Positions 1-14,420 of a stretch of DNA of 63,484 nucleotides are shown here, piece after piece. This DNA comes from Welwitschia mirabilis (lineage: Eukaryota), in NCBI GenBank assembly GCA_051453625.1, contig JBOZIK010000001.1, forward strand, positions 49,404,588 to 49,468,071, given 5' to 3'. Within the stretch, counting starts at the first letter, position 1. Each line of letters begins with the position of its first letter. The notes below the pieces were generated by a model. It was not told where the DNA came from. It made no database searches and worked only from the letters and a program-made list of their open reading frames with translations. A program made the position numbers and the translations under genes.

Positions 1-648
1 CTCTCTGGATTACAAGATGGTTCTTCGGTCCCAAGATCTCCTGTCACAAGAATGTTAGATACTTTCGAAGATGATTAGGGATCGAGGGGGAGAGCTTTAT
101 TTATAGGAAAAAGGGGAAAGAGACTAACAGAAAAGTATAACAGAAACTCTAGCTAACATGAAAGGGAAAGTCGTAATTAACAAGCGACAACTCGGAAATA
201 CAATCTATAAAAGTGTGGGATAACAGTGTCGTCTAGGTGGTCGTCCAGACGATGGAGGAGACGACAGGGTTTTACAATAAGGTATTTGTTTATCTTCCAG
301 TTTAACTATCTGTGATCTGCATGCGAAGTCCTGTCAACTGATATTGGATATGTCGTCCACTGGTGTCGTCTAGATGATGAGATAGACAATGGAGTCTGAT
401 GAAAAGATCTTCACTTCAACTGCAAGCTATCTGGAATTAAGTCTGTCATCTGTCCAATTAGTGTCGTCGTCTTGACTATCGTCTGGATGACATGGGGTAT
501 GACAGTCTTCTATACATTCTTTGTCAGTGTGATATCTGGTTGTTTGCAAGGATAATCATCTGAAAATACAATTTATCCATATTTACATGAATTCCTTGTG
601 AATTATCTAATAAACTGCATGTTTTCGTCTTGTGTTCCTGGATTATCA
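1..648 (-). mobile_element. LTR retrotransposon LTR fragment (probably Copia/Sirevirus-like) with a GTCGTC/GACGAC repeat cluster
   Basis: The minus strand begins TGATAATCC at 648, next to an N gap. A TATA-like CTATAAATA lies on the minus strand at ~98-106. Repeated gtgtcgtctag/gtcgtccagacgatg motifs occur at ~225-495, an LTR U3-like layout. Confidence 0.45.
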
Positions 649-1619
649 ANNNNNNNNNNNNNNNNNNNNNNNNNNNNNNNNNNNNNNNNNNNNNNNNNNN
701 NNNNNNNNNNNNNNNNNNNNNNNNNNNNNNNNNNNNNNNNNNNNNNNNNCATAGGAACTAGGCATTTATTTGTTAGTTTATCTGCAAAACAACTCAAAAT
801 ACCCTATCAAATACACTTAAGTTGGCTTCGCAACATCCTGCTTTAATCTTATTTTGGTAAAATTTCTTCTTTTTCTTGTAATTTTTACAAATACTTTAAA
901 TGATTTCTATTAGTTGAACATTTCAATATAAAATCATATTTTTTAAACATTTATTTTTCAGGAAAAAAATCTTTTGAGTAATGCACTTATTATGCCATCT
1001 TTAATTATGAAAGAATTTCATGCCTTATTTTTATTTTAATGAAAATACTTAGAAATTATTGAAATTTTAACTTAGTATTTTATCTACCTTAATGAGTTCT
1101 TTTGATTTTAGTCCCATTTATTTAGTTTTACATGAGCAATCCATTTATACTCCAAACAATGGTTATGAAAGAGTCACTTTGTGATTTTACCTACCTTTCT
1201 CTCTTCCAAATATTCCTTGGATTATTTATTAATATTTTCATCCGATGGAGAATTTATTTAATAAGATTTAAAATCCTCATTTTACATATATTTTTAAAAA
1301 AATGTTCTTTTACTTCTTGTTAAAGAGTAGTTTTGTCTTATTAATTTCCTTTATCAATATTAATCTTTTTTTCAAGTAAATTTTCAATTAGAACATGAAT
1401 ATATGTTTTAATGTCTTAAGAAATTTTATTTTCCTCACATCTTTTTCCAGAATTAGTATGATTATATTAGAGACTATAATGACTATTTATTATTATATTA
1501 TTTTACTAAATTAATTTTCATATTAACTTTTGGCATTAAGCTAAACAACATCATTCTTCTCTCTTTATATTACATGGAAATTCGTATAAGTATGATTTAA
1601 ACAAAACTCTTTTAGATAT

Positions 1620-2790
1620 TGTATAGAATATGTAGCTCTATCCAAGTGGCAATATTGAATGCATTGCATAGTGGATTCATGTCATATGTAATACCTAAAA
1701 TCATTTTATACATGCTAGAAATAACTAATAGATGAATCAAGAAAAGAATATTCAAACATTCAATAGCTTATACTATTAGTTTCTACTGCTAGAGAATAAT
1801 ATCCTTTTAATCATCACTTTTACAAATAATTTTTAAAATTAATAGCTTTTTAAATTATTAGGAAATCTATTTTTCAAAGAGTACTACCATTAAGAGAAAA
1901 ATCTCTTATCTTAAAATTTAAGACTCTGGTTTTAAAGAATCTTTTAACTTTCTTAAGAGAACATTTCTTCTCTTGAATTAAAGAAATTGAATTTGATGAA
2001 AATTTACACCTTGATCTTCAATCCTTCTTAGTTGTTCAGTTAGAAATTTTTCTAATATCTTCATGTTAGATTAATTAGCATCTCTTTACCCAAAAGGCTA
2101 ACTTCATTATCAAGAAATCTTTAAAAGTTCATTATCAAATTTTGAAGAGAAATATTATAAAATATGAGTTAAAAGCACCTTGATTTAAGATGGATAATGG
2201 TAAGGCTCTGGGAATGAATGATTTTTCTCTAGAATTTTGTAAAATACCATTATGATATTAGTAGGAAATAATACTTTAATGTAGTTTATAAATCCTTATA
2301 TGAAGGCATCTTATGTCCCAAGATTAATTAAGGTGTTATATGTCCTTTGCATTTTTTCAAAATCAGGTGATTTGTATTTCATTTTCAATTATATACCACT
2401 TAGTTTACTCAATATTTCTTATAAAATTTTAATTAAATGTTTAGCTAATAAGATAAAAACTATCTTACGTAATATGATTTGTATTAAGTAGAGTGGTTTT
2501 TTTAATAATGTTATATCTACTTGAAAAGGTTTATCATTGATAAATAATAATAATAAATTCATTATCTTTTTTACACTTTATTGAATAAAATCTCATGATA
2601 AAATTAAATAAAAGTTTATTTTAGATTACATGAAAAAGTTAGGATTTGGAAGGGTTTACATTCATATTGTAAATGATTTAGTTAAGAATTCAAATTCTTG
2701 TGTTGCCACTACTAGAGGTGTTAGTTCCACCTTTACTATTAATGCATATATAGGGTAAAGATGTCCTTTAGCTTCCTATATTTTATCACT
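1620..2790 (+). mobile_element. Degenerate LINE (L1/Tx1-like) ORF2 reverse transcriptase remnant
   Basis: Frameshifted motifs in order: MDNGKALG (KAPG.DG) at ~2190, NYIPLSLLNISYKILIKCLANKIK (NYRPISLLN..YKI..K.LANRL) at ~2387-2460, and IG*RCPLASYIL (VRQGCPLAPYLF) at ~2750-2787. The 5' boundary is uncertain. Confidence 0.7.
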
Positions 2791-4142
2791 ATAGAAAAAT
2801 TTTTATGTGATGATATGAGTAGGATGATATCATTCATAGTATTCATAGTGGTCAAAGTTTAAACATCATATTAATTCACACTCTATGTTGGAATTTGGAG
2901 CAAGAATGCTCCAATTTCATGTTAGAATGAAGTGCGAAAGTTCACACTGTTTCATTGATAATAGAAATAAGAAGTAAAGAAAACAAACTTTTAATATAAA
3001 CTTTTATCAAAAGTAATCAAATAGTTAAGTATTAAGAATTGAGAATAAAATATTATTANNNNNNNNNNNNNNNNNNNNNNNNATTCTTAGATAAACCACA
3101 TGCGTAATTCTTGGACTTAGGCCCATGTGACTTTTATTGTTTTACCACACTTCATTTAACTTTAAATACATTTCTTTTTCTTTAATGTTTTTTATAAAAA
3201 TAAGTGATTTCATCTTTATTTAGCATTCCATTAAGAAGAAAGGGTTCTATCTCTTAGATGTAAAATGAAATATGTTATGTCATTTTTCATTAACCAAGTT
3301 AGCAATTATCGAATCAATTATGTTAACTTGCTGAAGATCCCCTTCAACTTTGACTTGATTTAACACTAATGGATTTTACATTCTTCTAGATTTATTTTAT
3401 CTTTATCTTTTTAACTTGTCTTTCTTAATTGTTTTCATCATCTTTAAAACCATCTTCATGATTTTCTTTTAGAAATTAGTAGGAGAGTAACATATAAGTA
3501 ACTTCATCACTTCTAATTTTTAAGCACATTGTTTCATTTTAAAGTGTTATCTTAATGGCTAGTGATTTTATTACTTTGTCTTACTTTAATCTTTAGCTTT
3601 AAATTTTTTTCATTTAAACTACTAAATAATGTTTTCAATAATCGATATTATTACCTTATTTAGAAGATGACTTATTTTATCTTCTACTAAGAGTTGTTTG
3701 TTCTTGGATGAAGTCATGAAATAATACAAATACAAATACTTTATATAACTTTGTATTTTATTTATTTAGTTAAAAATGATATATACAAGATAAATATATA
3801 AGTTAAAATTATGTTTTATTTGATGCAATAAAAGTGTACATAAGGAAACTAAAGAGTTTCTCTATTGTAGTTTCTAGATTTACTTTGGTGGATTTATGGA
3901 TGTAAAGTTTGTTGACTACGTTTGCATCTAATTTAGAAGCTTCCCCAGTAGCTTCTTTAGGCTCTATAGGTTGTTTTAACTTAAGAGGCATAGCTTGTCT
4001 AGAAAATTGGCTTTAATAAAATGTTTTGAATTAAACATGAAGTTCATCAATAGTGCTTCCTATTTATTAAGATTTTTTTATTTTTCATCCCCACCTTGTA
4101 AAATCCACTTTTTCTTCCTTTAAGTTGAGTGACTTTGGCTTT

Positions 4143-4540
4143 TGTCTCATTATGATTGATATCGTTACAAGTGATTACCATGAGATTTTTTTAATATGTC
4201 ATTGTATTACAAATAATAGCTAGGTATCTACAACAAACATAAGATCCTTCAAATGATTGATTGTCATCCTCATAGCACTACTACATCCATGACACATTAC
4301 AACAAGTATATTAACAACATTTGTATCCAATGTCCATTCTACATAAGTAGTAAAGTCATTAGTTTCATTAAACACATTTGTCAAGTAATTATTCTCATTG
4401 AACTTTATTATCTTTACAAATTTGATGAAGACTTTGCTAATGTTTGGTATCCCCTTAAGTGACATCTCTATAAGCATATTTTTTTAACTTATTTTAAAAA
4501 TTCATCCTTTATGTTATCATAAACTCTAATCCACTTAAAA
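4143..4540 (-). pseudogene. NRPB1: Pseudogenic fragment of RNA polymerase II largest subunit (RPB1 domain 7/5 region)
   Basis: The minus strand reads DEFLK*VKKNMLIEMSLKGIPNISKVFIK...EWTLDTNVVNILVVMCH...RMTINHL, then RYLAIICNTMTY*KNLMVITCNDINHNET. This matches plant NRPB1 DVFLKKIESNMLTEMALRGIPDINKVFIK...EWMLDTEGVNLLAVMCH...RTTSNHL...[29 protein letters not shown], with stops and an internal deletion. Confidence 0.85.
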
Positions 4541-6399
4541 TATTCTAGCTCATGTTGTTTTATACTATTAGTATTATAACTTCCTCTAGATTGAATAACA
4601 TAATAACACATTAGATAATAAGAAAGAAATATTGGAAAGAAGGGTGACAAGAAAAATACTATTAATATAATGAAAAATTAGAATGAATAGAAATGGAACT
4701 ATTAAATGATTATAGGAATGTAGGAACATTAGCACTTTAAAGTTGTAGAATAAGTTAACTTAAAAAGGATAAAATAATTATTACCTATAGCTCTTTTCAT
4801 AGAGTTATTTTTTTAAAATATTTTAACATAGGTTTCATTAATTTTCCTTCATTCAATGTGATAAGCTACCTATTTTTAAATCTAGTAAAATGCGTTAAAT
4901 TAAGTTTTGAAATATATACATCTAAAATACATATACACATTCTCTACTCAAGAAAATACAATTAGAATAATATAACCAATATTTTGTTTAATAGTATTTG
5001 AAGAAGAAAGGAAGACGAAATTCGATTTTCAATATGTAGCTTCTTATTCCATTTAATTTTATATATCTGATACTTCACTACTTAATGAGCTTTGCCTTTA
5101 TTGAAAACATCATATTAATTATGAAATTAACTTCCTACCTTCATAGTATCATCACTGGGTGTTTTTGACACGTGTTTATATAGAACAACTTTGAGATGCC
5201 TACTTTATATATCTTATCAATGTTAGTTTGAGTTTTTCCCCCCTTAATAATATAGGAACATAGTGACTTAGCTAAAAAATGGAAATTTTTTATTATCTTT
5301 CAGTTCTCCTTGATACTTTGATGTTTTGTAAGTGAATATCTCCTTCTTGATGATATTAATCTTCATCTTAATACTCTTAAATTATTTATTTAGTTTTATT
5401 AACTAGGATTACAAGGCATTAATCTTCAATGAAAGTATCTTTTATTTCTAACACAACATGAATCACAAAACACTATGAGAACTAACTTCTTTTGTAATTA
5501 GTTACTTTAGCTTTTGCAACTCCTTAAGACCTTAGAACTAGATTAAAAAGACCTCTCTTTCTTGCTTCTTATACTTTTTCAATTCAAATGAATTATTATG
5601 ATGTTGTTTCACATCATAACTTTTATCATGAATAAACTTTGATTATCATCATTAGTTAATAAAATAAATGAATTTTACTCCATTAATACTCATAGACACT
5701 TTTCTTGATCGATTACCTTAGTGATAAAGTCAGAACATCCTAAACTTAGGGGTCTATGGTTTAAAATCCCACACTAATGGGAGAGCATAAATGAAGTTTG
5801 CATATGCCCAATTATTGTTAGGAGTTTATGAAACATAACCTACCTATCCAACATTATCCTGAAGCAAAAAAAATCATGAGAACTTGTTAAAACTTTTAAG
5901 GTTTTACTAATGAACTTCTCTTTTGGTAGCACTTATGTTTTGAACAAAACTATGAGCTTTGATTGAATTACTTTATCTCAAGGTCAAAATCCCATGTTAC
6001 AATCCATTTCTTAAGAAACAAAAATCCATCTAACATTGTATTTACTTAAATTTTATTCATTAAATTTAATAGTAATGATTATGTTATATATGATCACTCA
6101 AGGAGTAAAACCCTTGTAGAATCTATTTGTAACCATTATCAAAGGTTATTACCTTTTGAAATAACATTATAACCTTGCATTACTATTAAAAAAGGGTAAT
6201 AGAAGAGTTCAAGACATGCATATGATTTGCATGGATATGTTAAATCCTTGATGAGATAGCCTAATCCCCCAGCGATCACATAGATTAGACCTAGAAGGTA
6301 GTATCATCTAGTTGGTTCACTATATCCAAGACTATATTTTAATCTAGGAAACTGTTAAAGATATTTTGACTAATAATAAAAAGTCATTATTAATCTTCT

Positions 6400-8650
6400 A
6401 AGGTTATTTCTATTGGATTATTCATATGTTTAAAGCTACTCCTTGTTATAAAAATTCATGTTTAATAAAGATTTTCTCTTAAATTTCAAAAGTATCTTGT
6501 TAGAAGATTTTGGCTCCTCGTAATTAGTATTAGAAAAAAGTGATCCATAAAATATGAAGAATTTTTTTAAATAGCAAGAATTTCATTAAAACATAGAACA
6601 AGTTCTTATAATAGTAGATAAGTAGAAAACTAAGGGGAAATGGTTAGAAGATAAAAGGTCTGTATTCCTAATAGTGACAAAAAGTAAAAGGCGATAGCTA
6701 GAAAAGAAAGGAATTAGAAAACAGGAGGAGTGCATTAACAAGAACCACTTTACTTAATTCATCTTTATCATGGAATACTTGAGAGAAATAACCTCTAAGA
6801 GAAGGATCAAGGGGATTGGGAAGTATTCCTCATCATCATCAGGATCCAAGGAAATAAACTTGTCATAGTAATGATTTAAGAGGTTGATTATGCACTTTGA
6901 AAAATTCTCTAAGTGTTCTTTAAAAACTTTATGATGATGATGAAAAGAACAAAGATCATCCTTTGTTATGATAAGCTATTCCAATGAATGACTAAGCACT
7001 TGATCTAGATGGATTATGTGAGCATTCTTTTGGACTAGAGTAATAAGGGTAGTTTTTTACTGAGCTTACTTATTTTAAAGAGATTAATTTTAAAGATGTG
7101 AAAAATCTAGTTTAGCCTATAATAGCTACCATAAAGGAAAGTATAAAAAACTTTACAGAATTTTTCACAAAATGCCAAATAAAAAAAAAGATATCCATAA
7201 ATCTCTAACATGTAAAGGAAAACTTTAGAGAATTTAACCTAGTGCATCTTGTGTCTAGCCATATAAATCATAGCTTCAAATTCATTGATAATAAGCTTAA
7301 AATAGGATTCTAAGAAAGATTCACAGGGTAATAAGAATATAATCTTCTAGTAGGAGCAAAATCAAACCTCTAATTAATCTGGTTAATCAATTCTTAGGAG
7401 TAGAGATTTAATTTTTGGATCAAACCAGCAAATACCATCTGGAGTGTCCTATCTATATTTGAAGAAAAAGTGAAAATAGGTAGCCTTAGTGTGGAAGTTG
7501 AATGTGCATTAGCAAATAGTATTGAAGGCTGAACTCTAATAGGCATGTTAAAATCTTTTGTACATATGGAAGAATTGGTAGAAAAATCAATAACTTATAC
7601 AAATGGGTTAACATTGATTACCCCATAAGGGTGAGCCTCTAGGAGCTTAAATGAAGTAGGAATTGCTAATCCTAGTAAAGAAGGTAGCCCAATGCATTAA
7701 GTTACTTCCATCCTTACATGAATACTCTTATATTCATCCATACTTAGTTTTCTCTTCTTCTGAGCAAAGGCAAGAGAATGCAATCTTGATCCATTCCAAA
7801 AAAAATAGACATTAAGTATTACCTTCTTTGCATGAAGGAAATATTAACTAAGGAAAATTATTTTAAGAAAGTGGACTTATCTTATACCAATGATTACTTT
7901 TTCGTGGAATGAGCAAGGGTGAACATTCCTCCACATCTTCTTCTTCTTATGAAGCTATTGTAGGAGTAGGAGCTCATAAAGGAAGAGTTTTTTCTCCCTT
8001 TATTTGGAATAAGAGGTCTTTGATGAGGACTCTTTTTGTGTATCCATCTACATTTTAATCAAACATGATAAATAAGCAATTAGTAGAAATATCAGAAAGG
8101 CTAAAAAGAACTAATTATCTAATCAGCGTAAACAACACTTACTAAAGAATAGATAGGGAATCCTTCCTCATTAAAAGAAGGTTAAGATCCACAAGGATCA
8201 ATCTAAGGAAAAGAATATAAATGCATAATGATCCAATTTGATAGATCAATTTATTTAATTTTTAAGAATGGTCCTATCCACAGAAGGAAAAATACTAGGA
8301 AAGCAAAACACTTCCGCAATCAAAAATCTAAAATTTGAATTTTTTTTCCATTTTAAACAATTGGGATGTTACCTTAGAATAAATATTGTGACACCAATTG
8401 AAAGAAATCTCTAAATCATAAGCCAGAAATAAAAGGCAAATTAAATACTCTAGAAGCTGAGGAGAACAGAAATGAAGGAACCCTCAACCCATAATAAGAA
8501 GCCCTAAAGCAACATAATAAGGAATAGAAATGGATTATAAGAATGTCATACTAACCTTGATGATCAAGATGTTATTCAAAAAACTAAAAGAATGTATTTT
8601 TAAAGAATTCTATAGATTGAAACTCATAAGTAAAAGATGTAACAAGCCAA
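6400..8650 (-). mobile_element. Possible highly decayed LINE remnant (ORF1 / start of ORF2)
   Basis: Weak motifs only: MSIF(F)WNGSRL at ~7813 (a frameshift is needed in the T-run) resembles the ORF2 start M..ISWNVRGL, and KLIYQIGS at ~8230-8250 resembles L1 ORF1. Confidence 0.25.
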
Positions 8651-9444
8651 AGAAGACCATCTAAAAGAGCAAAGGTTTCACTAATAGCTCTAAGGATTGT
8701 TGGGACTAAACCATATTTAAGAGGTTAAAAAGTATGATTTTTGTAGTTATAAAAAGCATAAATTAAATCTAAACTTAAATAGACTTTAAAGAATTGAAGA
8801 TTAAAATAAGGGAAAAATAAGAGATTAGAGATATTGGAGCTGAGGACCAAATGAAATTTAGACTTAGCTAACAATTCATAAACCCCCTCATTAGTAAATC
8901 TAAGATTATAATTTAGCCATCAAATATTGGGAAACAATTTGGAAGGCATGCCTTAAAACTATTTTGAAATAAGTCTAGATATATTAAGTAGAGAGGTAAG
9001 ATGATGTAAGATATAGCCTAGTATCAGGAATATTGTGTAAAGATTAAAAAGAAAAAATAAAAGAGAAAAAACATAGAGTAAAAATTCAATGACCTAATGT
9101 AATCAATTAAACAAATTTATCAACTTGTTATCACCTAAGTTGATCCTTAAAACCCACAACATATCACTATCAATCTTATAAAAGCATCAGAGAAAAACAT
9201 CACTAAAAATTAAGTGGAAAGAAAGAGAATTAGTAAAGAATACACTTTATTATTAATTGAATAATAAGCATTCTTACATCATTTATGAGTAACAACATCT
9301 TAATGCTAATGACATAAATTGAAACCAAGAAGATCCTTCTCATAAGCAGATGGACCTTTTCCAAGTAATTCTCTAATTTTCGCAAGGCATCAATTTGATT
9401 AAAGATCCCTAAATGGTATGCCTAAGAAGGTCTTTATAGGATTA

Positions 9445-9720
9445 AACTAGTGATTACAATTATAATTTAGCAATAGATTAATTGGTAATTACAATAATAA
9501 TTTGGTAATGGATTAGTAGGCAGTTATAGCTATTACATTGTCTTGACTAAAGGGATCTTGTGGTAATGTTAATTTAGTAATAAATTAATTAGTGGTTACA
9601 ATAATTATTAGATAATAGATTACTTAGTAGCTACAATAATAATTGGGTAACGGATTATTCATGGTTATAATAATAATTGGATAACATGTTGATTAGTAGT
9701 TATAGTTGTTACATTATTCT
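9445..9720. repeat. Degenerate ~35-bp minisatellite inside LTR copy 1
   Basis: About 7-8 units of attagtagttacaataataattggataacagatt(a/g). Confidence 0.75.
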
Positions 9721-12700
9721 AACTGACTGGGAGTGGTAAGTGAGCTAGTGATGGATGACACTTGCCCAAAAGATTCTTCATCTTCCTCAAGATGATTCAT
9801 CACCTTTTACCTCAAGATACTTGATCATTTTTTCCCTCGTCTAGATGATGATGTGGCTATCTTTGAAACCATTCACAACTATTTATAAATGCTCTATCAT
9901 ATTAGCATTTTTCATTAGTTTGTACAACATGGCAACATGGATTACTTTTATGAAAAGCTCCAACAACCATTCATTTTACCTATAAATTCTTTCTAATCAT
10001 TCTCTTTGACCCTTGACATCAAAAATTAGTCAATTTGACAATTAAACCTATTAAAAATTCCTAAAAATACACTTCAAATCACTATTAAATATGACCAATT
10101 TGGCTATGTAACATAGCCCCCACTAAGCATTTATTAGTCCTTAATAAAGAAAGTTGGAGAAAATAGAAGTAAGATAAATTGAAAAAGGGATAAAAGACAA
10201 GACTCAAGTATAAAATATAATTACATTATCAAATATAGAGTACATCTTATTATATCATATCAATAGATACTCTATTTAAATATCACAAAATGATATGTAG
10301 TGAATTTAGAATCTATGGTTTGAGTTTCATAAAAACATATTTTTTTATATTTCATAATAAAAATTCATTGAAAATAAATTCAATCTTTGAAGTTTTCAAA
10401 GGTTTTACTCTTCTAAGAAAGAAGTATATTTGCATGAGATGAATACATCAGCATATTGATACATGAATTTGAAAAAAAGCACATTAAGCATAATAAATAT
10501 GAGTAAGGGATCTTATCAATAGTGGCAAAATTAAATATAAGTGTAATCATCATTAAATGAAAAATAAGAATGCAAGTTCCTTTAATGAATAAATTCTATG
10601 ATCCTATGAATTATGGAAAAAGATACATTAGTGACTTTGAAATCTTCTAGAAAATAAAAATATACACATTATAATAGAACATATCACATTTGAAGTTGAT
10701 CACTTACCAAGGGTGTTTTATTTTCAAGTAAATATGCATGATTCAAAATGAGTAAGACATTATAGTTTTATTCAAATAATGTGGATGAACATGACAATAT
10801 ACTAATGGAAGTTAATGTATCATAGCCATGATTCATTAACAGCAACTTAGAAAGATGGCTACATATTAATAATACTTTTGACAAAGTGATAACATGAAAC
10901 ACTTTGAGGTGTACCTTCTTCTGTCCTGATTCCTTCAACTACGGAGTTATCATCACTGAATCACTAACCTTTCTTTTATTGTAAGTGGTCAAGCCCATCA
11001 AATAAGATATAGGCCATTAGGCATCCTACTTTGGTAACGCTCGAGATAGATTAGGTGTGTTTATCAAAAGTACCTCTAGCGTTCATATTAATATTTTATT
11101 TTTAAATCATATTTTATTTTAATAATTTTCTTTTTTTCTTTTCATTTTATTTTTTGCTTTTCATTTTATTTTTCATTTTCTTTTATGGAAAGAAAATTAT
11201 TCATATATTGAAGTATAAATAACTTATAGCACTAAACAAGAAGTTGATGAAAGAGATAAGGCATATAATATGAACAACTCAAGCAAGTACATTTTCTCCA
11301 CATGAATGAGATTTCATAAGCATGTGAATACATCTCAATTGGCGGAAATCCAAGTGATCATCCAAAAGTTCAAAAAGCATGAAATGCTTAGAATATACCA
11401 CATGATGAAAAAATGAAATAAAATTAAGTTAGTAAATGTGAAAAAAGGGAGACCGTTTAAATAATCACATTCATATAAGGATAAGTTATGGAGATGAATC
11501 CACTAAATCAATTAACTCAAATAAAATAATAGTATTTAAGCAAAGCCATTGCTCCTTTGCTTTGTGTTTTTCCTTATGAAAAAAGCTAGTTATTTCAACA
11601 TAGTCATTGAATTTCACTTTTTCAATAAGATGAGGACCAGATCATATAGAAACCAATTGATAAAATATGAAATATATATGATCATTTTGATATCGAATCA
11701 ATTAGTAATAAAGGAAATATATTGATAGGATCTTTGTAGCACAAATTTTAGTATCCCAATAGACAATAAAGAATTGATGCATTTTATTAAAAAACAATTT
11801 GTTATCAAATCAGTGCAGAATGTTGAAGGCATGTGATTGATTGATGATACCACTTAAAAGAAAAGGATGGATCCAAAAAATATCAAAAATCTTCATAGGA
11901 TGATTTATTAAGGCATGTGTGAGATGAATAAGAAGTTCCTTAAAGTTTAACTTAAGGCACGAATTTACATTAAAAAGGTCAGGTTTTTTTCTAATTCAAA
12001 TTTCTCAAAAATTCTAAATCATGTTTTCCACAAGTACAAGGTAATGTCAAAGTGGTGGGAGAAGAAAGAATGGTATTTTAAGTATTACATGAAACCATAA
12101 ATAGAAGAGATGAAAAAACATTATTAGTAGGATTACATTCTTTTAGTTTGGTTGCATCATGGGTTATGAGACAGTATATCCTCTATTGGATTTTGTTGGA
12201 TCTCCATGGATTATTCCTCATCCTTCTTTTCTTTATTAACTTAATCATCATTTTCTAAGTTATATGATCATTAAAAAGCTTAGAAAGAGAAATGTAATCA
12301 CTATGTTCTTCACATATTTGAGGGTTTTCTGATTTCTCTAGAGTTAATTCTCTCCTGTTAGATAGATTTTCCAAAAGTGATTGGATATTTAGGAAATGGT
12401 CTAATATTTCTATTTCATCATCTAATAAATAATCACCCTCATCATTCTTGTTTAGTTGGTAATTTGAAAATTTATTTTCATCACTTTGGCTTTCTTCTGA
12501 ATGACAGGATAAAGCAAATTATTTAATATTTCATCATCTAGCTCTATCATGTCATCACTTAATTCTATTATGTCATATTTCTCGTATGCATAAGAGTTGA
12601 TACTATTTTGGGTAGCAAGAGAACCATGACATCTTATATTTTCTAGCATTATTTACTGAAGTATGTCTATTTTTCTTGAATCTTCTTCAGTTCTTCAATT

Positions 12701-13486
12701 AATTCATGAAGTAAATCATATTGATTGCTTTGGTAGTAGATATAACTTGGTGGATATAAGGTATCTATTTCTTCTTCATTTTCCTTTATGAAAGGAGATT
12801 AAGCTATGTCAAATNNNNNNNNNNTGGCAAATTAATTGTAGAGTGCTTTTCTAAATGAGGAAGAGTCTTAAGTGTTGAATCTCATCATCATTATTCCTAC
12901 ATAAAGGTTGAAAAAAAGAAAGGAAAAAGAGGGAGGTTGAAAAAAGGAAGGGATCTAATTCCTAGTTTCAACATCATTTATCATTAGTAACTTTATTTTT
13001 ATTTCTATAAATATTTCACGTAATGTTATTTTATTATTATTCATATAAGTAGATGAGAATTAGAGAATAAAAAGAATTAATTTGGATAGTAAGTAATATA
13101 GTCTCTAAGATCATACTAAGGAACAAGGATTAGATCAATTTACTAATTCTAATTTTAAAAAGAAAAATGTGTTACAACTAAGAATGAGTAATCAAGAAAA
13201 GCTTATAGATTTAAAAGTTGAATCAATGTACAACAAAAGAAAGTAACACATTCAAATAATAATATCAACTTACTTTTAATGTAGAATCTAATCTCTTGAA
13301 GACTTACTCTCTTTCCTACTATTGGCACCTAAAATGTGTGTATTGTGTGCTTCAAATCCACTTATGTTATTTGATCATGAACCTACAAGTTTTAATAAAT
13401 AATTATACACATATACATGCTATAATATAGGATGAGTCAATCTAAATGTCATACACTTAAGAGAAAATGAGTTTGAAGATCTATTT

Positions 13487-13488
<2 letters not shown>

Positions 13489-13570
<82 letters not shown>

Positions 13571-13573
13571 AAA

Positions 13574-13637
<64 letters not shown>
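13489..13637. repeat. Compound microsatellite (TG)n-(GA)n
   Basis: Directly visible. It explains the HT/CV/ER low-complexity ORFs. Confidence 0.98.
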
Positions 13638-13640
<3 letters not shown>

Positions 13641-14104
13641 GAGAATAAAGATGTTTTGGGAATTTTTATCATTTATGCATGGAAATAAAATCAATAATAC
13701 AAGTGATACAAAGATGAAATGTACAAAGGAGCTAAATGTAACGAATTGAAAAATGCAATGACATAATGCACTCAATTAACTGAATTTATCAACTTGTTAT
13801 CATCCAAGTTGTTTCTTAGAAATCATAACATTAATCTTATAAAAATATTGAAGAAACGCATCATGGAAAATGAGATAGGAAGAGAGAAAAGTAGAAAAGA
13901 ATACACTTTATTATCAATTAAATAACAAGTATGCTTACATCATTTATCCATAATAGCACCTCAATGCTAATGACACAGATTGATACCAAGGAAACCCTTC
14001 TTACAAGTTGGATGGACCTTTGTTAAGCAATGTTTCAATCATCAAAAGGTGGCAATTTGATCAATGATCTCTAAATGGAATGCCTAGAGGAGTATTTCTA
14101 GGTT

Positions 14105-14420
14105 TGGGTTAGTGGTTTTAATAATAATTTGGCAACTGAATGATTGGTAGTTACCATAATAATTTAATGAGGTATTAACTAGCAGTTACAGTTGTTACAT
14201 TATGATAAACGAATAGATGTGGTTACAATAATAATTTAATAACAAATGATTAGTAATTACAATAATAATTAGATAATAAATTAATTGGTAGATGTAGTAA
14301 TAATTAGATAATGGATTAATTAGTAATTATAATAATAATTGGATGATGAATTGATTATTAGTTACAATAATAATTAGGTAATAAATTAATTAGCAATTAT
14401 AGTTTGTTATATTATCGTAA
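14105..14420. repeat. Degenerate ~35-bp minisatellite inside LTR copy 2
   Basis: Same unit as 9445-9720 (e.g. attagtaattacaataataattagataataaatt). Confidence 0.75.

Noticed and set aside
9445-9720. ~35-bp periodic array as a CRISPR-like locus
   Set aside because: There are no unique spacers and no cas genes, and the context is a eukaryotic LTR.
12452-12790. Possible endogenous caulimovirid movement/coat protein
   Set aside because: No diagnostic viral motifs. It fits a decayed Athila-like gag between two LTR copies better.
13449-13775. ORFs with HT/CV/ER/SL dipeptide runs
   Set aside because: They are translations of the (TG)n(GA)n microsatellite.
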